From an uncultured bacterium (lineage in GTDB: Bacteria; Methylomirabilota; Methylomirabilia; Rokubacteriales; CSP1-6), in the NCBI GenBank assembly GCA_964428805.1, contig CAYRZF010000005.1:3457-49372 (forward strand): 45,916 bases of DNA. Direction: 5' to 3'. Position 1 is the first letter of the stretch. Each line of letters begins with the position of its first letter. The position numbers were made by a program, and so were the translations under genes. Positions 30,724-37,759 of this stretch are shown one piece after another. The notes under the pieces were generated by a model. The model had not been told where the DNA came from. It made no database searches and saw only the letters and a list, made by a program, of their open reading frames with translations.

Positions 30724-31250
30724 TCCTTGGCCTCCCCCTTTGCCGCTTTGGGCGGCGCCTGCGTCTCCCTCAGCTTGGTGCCGGTAGCCCAAGAGGGCTC
30801 AAATTGCTGCCCCAGGGCGTGGAGCCGGTCTTTGTCGAACAGCAGCTCACGGCGGTCGGAAGTGGCCAGGTCGAAGGTCTTCAGCATGATGATGGCATCG
30901 GTGGGGCAGACCTGCACGCACAGCTCGCAAAACTCGCAGGCATAGAGCTCGAGGGTGAAGGTCTTGGCGTAATTGCGCTTCTCCCCCTTGAGCATCTCGA
31001 CCTTGATGACCTGGGGCGGGCAGACGTACTCGCACAGGCGGCAGCCGATGCAGGCCTCCTCCCCGGTCTCGGGCTCGTAGACGAGCGCCAGGATCCCCCG
31101 GAAGCGGTCGGGATACGGGCGGACGACGTCCGGGTAGTGGACCGTCACGGGTTTCCGGAAAAGATTCTTGAGCGTAATGGTCATTGCAGCGGCGACAGCG
31201 CGGGCCGTCTGCCAGGTCTCCTGCCAGAACCCAATCCCGTTACGCGACAT
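30720..31250 (-). CDS. nuoI: NADH-quinone oxidoreductase subunit I (second operon)
   Basis: Two 4Fe-4S motifs (CIGCRLCEYVCP and CEFCELCVQVCP). 176 aa. Confidence 0.92.
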   Translation of the reverse strand: MSRNGIGFWQETWQTARAVAAAMTITLKNLFRKPVTVHYPDVVRPYPDRFRGILALVYEPETGEEACIGCRLCEYVCPPQVIKVEMLKGEKRNYAKTFTLELYACEFCELCVQVCPTDAIIMLKTFDLATSDRRELLFDKDRLHALGQQFEPSWATGTKLRETQAPPKAAKGEAKE

Positions 31251-32208
31251 TGCCGCTCCTGAGCGCCACCCAGAAGCCGGTGGCCATCAGAAGAATCAGG
31301 GTGGCCGGCAACAGGACTTTCCAGGAAAAGCCCAGGATCTGGTCCACCCGGATCCGCACGAAGCTCCAGCGCACCCAGGTCACCAGGAGAAAGATCAAGA
31401 GGGCTTTGAGGAGAAACCAGACGGGACCGGGGAGCCCCGGCCCGAGCCAGCCGCCGAGGAAGAGCAGCGCCCCGAGGCAGGAGACCGCGAACATATGGGT
31501 GTACTCCGCCAGCTGGATCAGGGCGAACTTCATGCCGCTGTACTCGACGCGAAAGCCCGCGACCAGCTCAGACTCCGCCTCGAGGATGTCGAAGGGTACC
31601 CGATTCTCCGACGCGATCGTGGCGATGATGAAGGCGACGAAGGCGAGTTGGCCGATGACGGGATACGCCACGAACCAGAGCCCTTCCTGGGCCTGGACGA
31701 TCGCCGAGAGTCGGAGCGAGCCGGCCAGCAGCACCGGGATCAGGGCCGCCAGGACAAAGGGAATCTCGTAGGAGATGAGCTGGTTGACCGCGCGCATGGA
31801 CGAGAGGAGCGCGTACTTGTTGTTGGACCCCCAGCCGCCCATGAACAGCCCCACGATCTCGAGAGAGGAGACGGCCAGGAAGAACAGAATTCCGATGTTC
31901 AGGTCCGCCACCCCGAGGCCCGGCGCAAAGGGAACCGTGGCGAAGATGAGGAACGACGGAATCAAGAAGACGATGGGGGCCAGGTTGTAGACCGGCCGAT
32001 CGGCCGTCGCGGGGATGATGTCCTCCTTGATCAGGAGCTTGATCGCGTCGGCAATGGGCTGGAGCCAGCCGTGGGGGCGCCCGACCCGATAGGGACCGAT
32101 CCGGGACTGCATGCGAGCCGCGAATTTCCGCTCGACGTAGGTGAGGTAGGTGACGATCAGCACGATCGCGTTCAGCAGGACGAAGGCGGTGACGACGTCG
32201 CGTATCAT
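31240..32208 (-). CDS. nuoH: NADH-quinone oxidoreductase subunit H (second operon)
   Basis: ND1 type (YVERKFAARMQSRIGPYRVG, RVPFDILEAESELVAGFRVEYSGMKFAL). Start set at ATG 32208, an ATGA overlap with the nuoD stop. Confidence 0.92.
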   Translation of the reverse strand: MIRDVVTAFVLLNAIVLIVTYLTYVERKFAARMQSRIGPYRVGRPHGWLQPIADAIKLLIKEDIIPATADRPVYNLAPIVFLIPSFLIFATVPFAPGLGVADLNIGILFFLAVSSLEIVGLFMGGWGSNNKYALLSSMRAVNQLISYEIPFVLAALIPVLLAGSLRLSAIVQAQEGLWFVAYPVIGQLAFVAFIIATIASENRVPFDILEAESELVAGFRVEYSGMKFALIQLAEYTHMFAVSCLGALLFLGGWLGPGLPGPVWFLLKALLIFLLVTWVRWSFVRIRVDQILGFSWKVLLPATLILLMATGFWVALRSGNVA

Positions 32209-33368
32209 CGATCCACTTCGCCGAAGACAGGATCCACGGACCCCATGATGGCCACCACGTCGGCCACCTTGTGACCCGGCACGATGTGGGGAAGGATCGA
32301 CAGGTTCGAGAACGACGCCCCGCGCCACTTCATCCGGTACGGCTTCGGGCCGCCGTCCGCGATCAGGTAGCATCCCACCTCGCCCCGAGGCCCCTCGACC
32401 CGGGCGTACGCCTCGCCCTTGGGGATCCTCACCTGCCCCACCGACTTCAGCCCCGGCCGGGACGAGATCGGCCCCTCCGGCAGCCCCTCGAGAACCTGCC
32501 GGACGATTTTGATGGACTCTCGGAACTCCCGCATCCGAACGCGATAGCGCGCGTAGCAGTCGCCCGCCGTCTCCATCGGGATCTTGAAGTCGAAATCCTG
32601 ATACGAAGAGTAAGGATCGTTTCGCCGGATATCGAAGTCAACGCCCGACCCGCGGAGGAGCGGCCCGGCGATGCCCACGTTCTGCGCCAACTCCTTGGAG
32701 ATCACGCCGACGCCCTGAGCCCGCCACAGAAAGGCCGTGTTCGTCTCCAGCATGCTCTCGTACTCGTCGAGTCGCTGGTCGATGTGGACCACGGCGTCGC
32801 GGCAGCGCGTGGCCCATCCTTCCGGCAGGTCGTACCGCGTGCCGCCCACCTGGTGGAACCCGTAGAGGAGGCGGGCGCCCGTCAGCGCCTCAAAAAGGTC
32901 CAGGATCATCTCCCGCTCCCGGAAGCAGTAGAGGAAGACGGTGGCCCCACCGCCGAGCGCTCCCCCCAGGTCCAGGCACCAGGTGCCGAGCCAGAGGCAA
33001 TGGGAGGCGATCCGCTGGAGCTCGGCGACCAGGACGCGGAGGTACTGCGCCCGCGTGGGAACCTCAATCTTCCCGATCTTCTCGGCGGCGAGCACATAGG
33101 TGAGCTCGGAGGTCATCGCCGCCACGTAATCGGTCTTGGACGCGATCGAGGGGTACTGGGCGTACGTGAGCGTCTCGCCGAGCTTCTCGTGGCAGCGGTG
33201 GAGGTAGCCGATCACTGACTCCACAGCCACGATGGTTTCCCCTTCGAGCGTCAGGATCATGCGAAAAACGCCGTGAGCCGAAGGGTGCTGAGGCCCCATG
33301 TTCATCACGAGGCGCTCGTTGCCCCCGTAGCCGAGCTCGATTACTTTGCGCGCTTCCGGATCAGCCAT
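32205..33368 (-). CDS. nuoD: NADH-quinone oxidoreductase subunit D, short form (second operon)
   Basis: MGPQHPSAHGVFRM, GYLHRCHEK and C-terminal GSVDPVFGEVDR. This is the cysteine-free counterpart of the NiFe-hydrogenase large-subunit motif. 387 aa, lacking the PPKE..HF segment found in the first copy. Confidence 0.9.
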   Translation of the reverse strand: MADPEARKVIELGYGGNERLVMNMGPQHPSAHGVFRMILTLEGETIVAVESVIGYLHRCHEKLGETLTYAQYPSIASKTDYVAAMTSELTYVLAAEKIGKIEVPTRAQYLRVLVAELQRIASHCLWLGTWCLDLGGALGGGATVFLYCFREREMILDLFEALTGARLLYGFHQVGGTRYDLPEGWATRCRDAVVHIDQRLDEYESMLETNTAFLWRAQGVGVISKELAQNVGIAGPLLRGSGVDFDIRRNDPYSSYQDFDFKIPMETAGDCYARYRVRMREFRESIKIVRQVLEGLPEGPISSRPGLKSVGQVRIPKGEAYARVEGPRGEVGCYLIADGGPKPYRMKWRGASFSNLSILPHIVPGHKVADVVAIMGSVDPVFGEVDR

Positions 33369-33381
33369 GGATTACATCCTC

Positions 33382-33444
33382 GGAGGGGGGCCTACGCCCC
33401 CCTTCCGAATCCTCCCCCCAAGATTGCGCGGGCGAAGCCCGCGC
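33382..33444 (-). promoter_or_regulatory. two GC-rich intercistronic stem-loops between the NIPSNAP gene and nuoD
   Basis: Hairpin 33426..33444 is GCGCGGGC-GAA-GCCCGCGC, a perfect 8-bp stem. Hairpin 33382..33406 is GGAGGGGGG / CCCCCCTTCC. The latter ends just before the GAGGA Shine-Dalgarno of nuoD. Confidence 0.5.
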
Positions 33445-33485
33445 TCGAACGGGCTGCCTTAGACGTCATGACCGCGGCGCATATC

Positions 33486-34130
33486 CTACCGGAGCGGCGA
33501 GAACTCCGCCGGAACCAAAATGACCGATTGCATCTCCGCGAGGAGCGGATACCCCTTCGCCAGGAAAGCCTTCCACTCCGGGTCCTGGGTTGCCCTGCCA
33601 CGCACCTCGGCGCGGTGATTGAGATCGCTGTACGCCCAGAGATGCACCACCTGATTCAGCTGCGCGACATCCGTCAACCACAGCCCCACGATCTTCGAAT
33701 ATTTCTCTCGGGCCTTCAAGCCGACCTTGAAGTGGCCGAGCCACTCCGGAGCCTTTCCGACGTGCGTCCGATACGTCCTGAGCTCGTACACGTGCCGGTC
33801 GCCGCCGATGGGTGGAGTAAACGGAACGCCGTCCACTGCGTACAGGATCTTGTTCTCCTGGGCCAGCATCAGTGGGCGAATCTGCGCGAGGTACTCCTTC
33901 GTCCACCTCTCGTCTTTGGCCAGCGCCTGGCGCAGGCGCTCCCGCTCATTGAGGTCGGCAAAGCTCCAGAGGTGCGCGTACTGGTTCAGGGTTCCGAACT
34001 CGGTTGTCCAGGCCCCTTCGAGCTTGCCGTATCGGTCACCACGAATTTTGCGACCGATGTCGCGTGACAGTCGCAGATATTCCGCCTGCGTGCCGGGGAT
34101 CAGCGTGTAGGTCCTGAGTTCATAGATCAT
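33486..34130 (-). CDS. tandem NIPSNAP-domain protein
   Basis: 214 aa with an obvious internal duplication. Each half opens with the YELRTY motif (MIYELRTYTLIPG and HVYELRTYRTHVG) and contains ..HLW.F/Y.DL..R. GGAG Shine-Dalgarno present. The ATG is 9 nt after the nuoC stop. Confidence 0.8.
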   Translation of the reverse strand: MIYELRTYTLIPGTQAEYLRLSRDIGRKIRGDRYGKLEGAWTTEFGTLNQYAHLWSFADLNERERLRQALAKDERWTKEYLAQIRPLMLAQENKILYAVDGVPFTPPIGGDRHVYELRTYRTHVGKAPEWLGHFKVGLKAREKYSKIVGLWLTDVAQLNQVVHLWAYSDLNHRAEVRGRATQDPEWKAFLAKGYPLLAEMQSVILVPAEFSPLR

Positions 34131-34139
34131 AACGGGCTC

Positions 34140-34592
34140 CTATCGGTAGGGGGCGTGCGGCGTGTCCACCGCGTAGTCCTTCCTGAGCGGGTGCCCCTCC
34201 CAATCCTGCGAGAGGAGGATCCGCCGGAGGTCCGGGTGTCCGTCGAAGCGCACGCCGAACATGTCGTAGCACTCGCGCTCCATCCAGTCCGCGCCCCGAT
34301 AAAGCCCCGTGAGAGAAGGGCAGCGCGCGTCCGGCGCGAGCCTGGTCTTCGCGAGGACCCCCGGGCCGTCTCCCAGATTTTCAACGCGGCAGACCACCTC
34401 GAGCCCCTGCTCCTTCCAGTCCACCGCGGTGAGAAAGGAGAAGAACCGGCAGCCCAGCGTGTCCCGCGCGAAGGTAAAGAACTCCACCCAGCGCTCCAGG
34501 GGGAGTTGCTCCACGGTGAGATACCGGCCTTCCCCCGAGGCCCCACGGCCAAACCGCTCCTGGATCAGAGAGATCGCTTGGTCAGGAGTCAC
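34140..34592 (-). CDS. nuoC: NADH-quinone oxidoreductase subunit C (second operon)
   Basis: [27 protein letters not shown] motif. 150 aa, GTG start. Confidence 0.9.
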   Translation of the reverse strand: MTPDQAISLIQERFGRGASGEGRYLTVEQLPLERWVEFFTFARDTLGCRFFSFLTAVDWKEQGLEVVCRVENLGDGPGVLAKTRLAPDARCPSLTGLYRGADWMERECYDMFGVRFDGHPDLRRILLSQDWEGHPLRKDYAVDTPHAPYR

Positions 34593-34596
34593 GAGG

Positions 34597-35235
34597 CTAG
34601 TCGGTCTTGAGGGAGGGCTGCGCGCGCTGCCCCGTCTTCTGGAACTCGGCGACCTGCTCCTGGAGCTTGAGGATCCCGAACATCAGCGACTCGGGCGTCG
34701 GAGGGCAGCCCGGCACGTACACGTCCACGGGCACCACCCGGTCCACCCCTTTCACCACGTGGTAGCCGAAGCGGAACGGGCCACCCGAGTTCGCGCAGGA
34801 ACCCATGGAGACGACCCACTTGGGGTCCGGCATCTGATCGTAGATGCGCTTGAGCATCGGCGCCATCTTGATCGTGACGGTCCCCGACACGATCATCAGG
34901 TCCGAGTGGCGGGGTGAGGCCCACGTCACCATGCCGAAGCGCTCCACGTCGAAGCGTGACGCGAAGGTGGCCATCATCTCGATGGCGCAGCAGGCCAAGC
35001 CGAAGGTGACCGGCCAGATGGAGGACTTGCGGGCCCAGTTGAAGAGCTTCTCCGTCGAGGTGACGGCGAGCCACCCGCCGGGAAAATTCTCGATTGTGTC
35101 GAAGAGCTTTTCGGCAAACCGCGACGCCTTGTCCCCCTCCGGCCGTTCTTGGTGGAGCTTCTCCCACTCCTGGAGGTCCTTGAACTCGCGCCACACCGGC
35201 GAGGGAACCTGCGGGATCGGTGCCTTCACTTCCAT
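34597..35235 (-). CDS. nuoB: NADH-quinone oxidoreductase subunit B with extended N-terminus (second operon)
   Basis: [19 protein letters not shown] and VPGCPPTPE cluster-N2 motifs. Start set at ATG 35235 (MEVKAPIP), overlapping the nuoA end by 10 nt. Confidence 0.9.
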   Translation of the reverse strand: MEVKAPIPQVPSPVWREFKDLQEWEKLHQERPEGDKASRFAEKLFDTIENFPGGWLAVTSTEKLFNWARKSSIWPVTFGLACCAIEMMATFASRFDVERFGMVTWASPRHSDLMIVSGTVTIKMAPMLKRIYDQMPDPKWVVSMGSCANSGGPFRFGYHVVKGVDRVVPVDVYVPGCPPTPESLMFGILKLQEQVAEFQKTGQRAQPSLKTD

Positions 35236-35579
35236 TCCAGGATCCCCTCCCTGTAGGCGTAAAGCCAACCGAGCGAGAGGATACCGAGGAAAAGCGCCAT
35301 AGCCCAGAACGCCGGAAGCCCCAGGCCGCGCAGGACCAGGGCCCAGGGAAAGAGGAAGACCGCGAGCAGGTCGAAGAGGAGGAAGACCAGCGCGACCAGG
35401 TAGAACCCCACCGGGAACTGCACCCACGCTTCCCCGATGGGCTCGGCGCCGCACTCGTAGTTCTGGAGCTTCGCGGCGTAGGGCCGGCGCGGCCTCAGCA
35501 GGGCCGCCACGCCCAGCGAGATCACCGCGAAGGCGAGAATGAAGCCTGCGTAGATCAGCACCGCCGGATAACCGGACAC
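35226..35579 (-). CDS. nuoA: NADH-quinone oxidoreductase subunit A (second operon)
   Basis: YECG.EP and [14 protein letters not shown] motifs. Start set at GTG 35579, preceded by GGGAGG. Confidence 0.88.
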   Translation of the reverse strand: MSGYPAVLIYAGFILAFAVISLGVAALLRPRRPYAAKLQNYECGAEPIGEAWVQFPVGFYLVALVFLLFDLLAVFLFPWALVLRGLGLPAFWAMALFLGILSLGWLYAYREGILEWK

Positions 35580-35615
35580 AGGGTTGCCTCCCTGAGAGGA
35601 AGAACGAGCGATCCC

Positions 35616-35624
35616 ACTATACCA
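35616..35624 (-). promoter_or_regulatory. candidate extended -10 promoter for the second nuo operon
   Basis: On the minus strand: TGgTATAGT (35624..35616), about 37 nt upstream of the nuoA GTG. The -35 element is weak. Confidence 0.35.
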
Positions 35625-35679
35625 TACCGGTCCGACCACCGGAAGGCGGCCACCGGGCGGCGGAATGCGCCGGGAGTGA

Positions 35680-35707
35680 TGGTGCCGGGAGGGGGAGTCG
35701 AACCCCC
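35680..35707 (-). pseudogene. orphan tRNA 3' fragment (T-arm, acceptor 3' strand, ACCA), Leu-like
   Basis: The minus strand reads GGGGG-TTCGACT-CCCCC-TCCCGGC-A-CCA. Nothing that folds into a D-arm or anticodon arm lies in the 150 nt upstream of it. Confidence 0.55.
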
Positions 35708-35858
35708 CTGTAAGTGCTGGCTCCCTGGGCAATTGCTCGGATGAATTTCTCCGCTATTTTCTTTCCCCTCTCCAAACACGGAGCAGAGGGATCGAGGAGT
35801 CTGGAGATTGTGTCTCTCGGCCGACGGCGTAGGCGAGCTCCGGTGTCCAGGACTTTTG

Positions 35859-35945
35859 TGGTGCCGGAGGCGGGAGTCGAACCCGCAAGCCCTCGCGGGC
35901 ACGAGATTTTGAGTCTCGCGTGTATCCCAGTTCCACCACCCCGGC
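35859..35945 (-). tRNA. tRNA-Leu (anticodon CAA)
   Basis: Hand-folded 87-nt type-II cloverleaf. Acceptor GCCGGGG/CTCCGGC, anticodon stem CGAGA/TCTCG, loop CTCAAAA, variable arm GCCC-GCGA-GGGC, T-arm GCGGG-TTCGACT-CCCGC, A73, encoded CCA. Confidence 0.9.
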
Positions 35946-36003
35946 TCCCCATTCCCCGTGCGGGTTTTGAGTCCGCCGTGTTTTCCAGTTTCACCACCCC
36001 GGC
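35946..36003 (-). pseudogene. truncated 5' half of a second tRNA-Leu(CAA)-like gene
   Basis: GCCGGGGTGGTGAAACTGGAAAACACGGCGGACTCAAAACCCGC.. matches the acceptor 5' strand, D-arm and anticodon arm of the adjacent intact tRNA at roughly three quarters of positions. No T-arm follows. It abuts the intact gene directly. Confidence 0.6.
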
Positions 36004-36019
36004 ATGGGCGAGTACTGTC

Positions 36020-36028
36020 ATTCTATCA
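36020..36028 (-). promoter_or_regulatory. candidate extended -10 promoter for the tRNA-Leu locus
   Basis: On the minus strand: TGaTAGAAT (36028..36020), about 17 nt upstream of the 5' tRNA fragment. Confidence 0.35.
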
Positions 36029-36104
36029 CCCTTGTGGCGCTCACGGGCGCGCCCAGCCCAGGCAGTGTAGCCAGCGATCCAGTAACCGCAAGTCCGGGCG
36101 AACC

Positions 36105-36133
36105 TTGACAACTTCAGCCCGGAACGATAAGGT
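36105..36133 (+). promoter_or_regulatory. candidate sigma-70 promoter for tRNA-Ala
   Basis: Consensus TTGACA (36105..36110), 17-nt spacer, TAAGGT (36128..36133), 12 nt upstream of the tRNA 5' end. Confidence 0.5.
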
Positions 36134-36145
36134 AGCCGACGCGGT

Positions 36146-36221
<76 letters not shown>

Positions 36222-36552
36222 TTTCTTCACCAGCAATTACAGCGTAGCTCGTACGTTCGGCCGCCTCTTCGTGTCGGATTCCTTCCACGGCGCCGTCTTC
36301 CGCATCAACAATGCTCACACCTGCACGACCCCTGTCCGGTTACTACGGTCAAAGACGACGGACAACGGCACCATTGATTCCGAAAGGGCGCTTCGCCCCG
36401 CGCTGTTCCCGGCAAGTCTCGTCATCGTCGGAGACGAGGTCTTTGTGACGAACCTTGCCTTGGCCCTGACCCCAATGACGGGGGATGAGCCCGAGGAGGA
36501 TGTGTCCAGGTATACGGTCTCCCGAATCCACATCCCGAAGAACTTGCCCTAG
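36222..36552 (+). pseudogene. possible 3' remnant of a truncated gene (beta-propeller-like C-terminus)
   Basis: The frame of ORF 36271..36552 stays open back into the tRNA-Ala gene (..GRLFVSDSFHGAVFRINN..VIVGDEVFVTNLAL..). There is no convincing start or Shine-Dalgarno. It looks like the tail of a repeat-blade protein cut off at the tRNA. Confidence 0.3.
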
Positions 36553-36771
36553 AATGAGAAGCGCGCGATCCCCTACCCCGGGCGCCGAGGTGCACCCCCG
36601 GCGCCCGCAGTGTTCCGGGGACCCTCGGCCTCGATCCGAGCTCCGTGCGGCACCCCCGAGCTTCTAATTAATGCCATCCTGGCAACTCTGTGGGGCCAAG
36701 CAGGCGTTGTTCGTTCACCAGCCGTAAAGAATTTTCTCAATTAAAGCAGTTGGTTGGCCTCTCCCTGGACG

Positions 36772-36787
36772 TGGCATCCCCATTGCT
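36772..36787 (+). promoter_or_regulatory. sigma-54 (RpoN) -24/-12 promoter
   Basis: TGGCAT-CCCCA-TTGCT matches TGGCAC-N5-TTGCW with exact GG/GC spacing. It sits 38 nt upstream of the ATG at 36825. Confidence 0.65.
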
Positions 36788-36824
36788 TTTGGTATGGAGG
36801 TAGAAGGGCTTTGGGGGGTGAGTC

Positions 36825-37703
36825 ATGATGATGAACCCAGAGGACGTTCTTCTGGTGGGGGTAGCCCTCCTCGCGGTGTTGTTCTTCATCGGAGGGCTGA
36901 TCAACATCTTCAGAGCACCCGTAAATGCCAGGCGGCGGAAGCTGGACGGTCCCGGACCGGCCGAATTAATGACGGAAGAGTGGTTGGAGGTGGAGTCGTT
37001 ACGTCGTTGCCGAGAGGCGATTCCTGGCGACGAACCATCGGCCCCCCAGCCACTCACGCCGCAGGACATTCCTGCTGCTGAGACGTTCATGAGGCCGGAA
37101 CCAGTTGCGGCGTCACGCTTCGAGCCGGTGCCCGGTCTAGCGGCGACACGCGCGGCCCCTGAGACCGCATGGCCCGCGAGGCCGCCCGCCGCATCGACGG
37201 TCCTCCGTCAAGAGAGCTCCGCGTTTCCCCCGAGTGATGCGACCGGAGATCCCGTTAAGAGCTCCGAAGACGACCATCTCCCGTCCGATCAGGCCGAGCC
37301 CGGCAAGATGGTCGTCCACTACGCCGATGACCGGATCATCAAAGGGTACTGTTACGATTTCCATCCGAACAAACCGCACTTTCATCTCTTGCCATCCGCC
37401 GCCAGGTTCTCGTTCACGGACGATGCCATTGAGGTGTGGATCGAGGATCTGAAGGCCGTGTTCTTCGTGCGAGATTTCGCGGGGGACCCCTCCTACAATG
37501 AGCGGAAACAGTTTGCCGAAGGAGAGCGGCCGCCCGGTCGGAAGGTGCGAGTGACGTTTCGGGATGGCGAGGTATTGATCGGGTCCACCGTGGGCTATGA
37601 ACCGCGGAGGCCGGGCTTCTTCTTCATCCCGGCAGATCCCAGGAGCAACAACCTGAAAGTGTTTGCGGTCTCCAGGGCCGTGATGAAAGTCCACTTCCTC
37701 TAG
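36825..37703 (+). CDS. hypothetical membrane-anchored protein with a Pro-rich linker and a duplicated C-terminal beta-rich module
   Basis: One N-terminal TM helix (LLVGVALLAVLFFIGGLINIF). An acidic, proline-rich low-complexity linker spans about residues 40-160. The C-terminus has two related segments (VVHYADDRIIKGYCYDFHPNKPHFHLLP and VRVTFRDGEVLIGSTVGYEPRRPGFFFIPADP). I do not recognise a family. Third-position GC is visibly lower than in the neighbours. Confidence 0.6.
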   Translation: MMMNPEDVLLVGVALLAVLFFIGGLINIFRAPVNARRRKLDGPGPAELMTEEWLEVESLRRCREAIPGDEPSAPQPLTPQDIPAAETFMRPEPVAASRFEPVPGLAATRAAPETAWPARPPAASTVLRQESSAFPPSDATGDPVKSSEDDHLPSDQAEPGKMVVHYADDRIIKGYCYDFHPNKPHFHLLPSAARFSFTDDAIEVWIEDLKAVFFVRDFAGDPSYNERKQFAEGERPPGRKVRVTFRDGEVLIGSTVGYEPRRPGFFFIPADPRSNNLKVFAVSRAVMKVHFL

Positions 37704-37759
37704 CCCCGGACTACTTCTCCTTCGCCCCGTCCTGCTTAGTGATGATCTGATCCTTGATT

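Noticed and set aside
32205-33368. The second NuoD as a NiFe-hydrogenase large subunit, which would make this an Ech/Mbh-type hydrogenase operon.
   Set aside because: The positions of the N-terminal RxCGxC and C-terminal DPCxxC nickel-ligand motifs carry no cysteines (MGPQHPSAHG and DPVFGEVDR). The operon also has full NuoL/M/N antiporter subunits, so it is a complex I-type enzyme.
35680-35857. Possible tmRNA (standard or permuted), suggested by a tRNA-like 3' end after about 150 nt of non-tRNA sequence.
   Set aside because: The acceptor would have C3:G70 rather than the G3:U70 alanine identity pair. No resume codon or tag ORF is evident, and the segment is too short for tmRNA pseudoknots.
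35713-36003. Group I intron interrupting a tRNA-Leu gene, as seen in cyanobacterial tRNA-Leu.
   Set aside because: The 5' fragment has a complete, uninterrupted anticodon loop. The intervening DNA contains a whole tRNA, is too short for a group I core, and shows no P-helix-like organisation.
35555-36111. ORFs 35555..35902, 35617..36111, 35714..36070, 35754..35939 and 36186..36377 spanning the tRNA cluster.
   Set aside because: They run through tRNA genes and their fragments, on either strand, and have no coding features.
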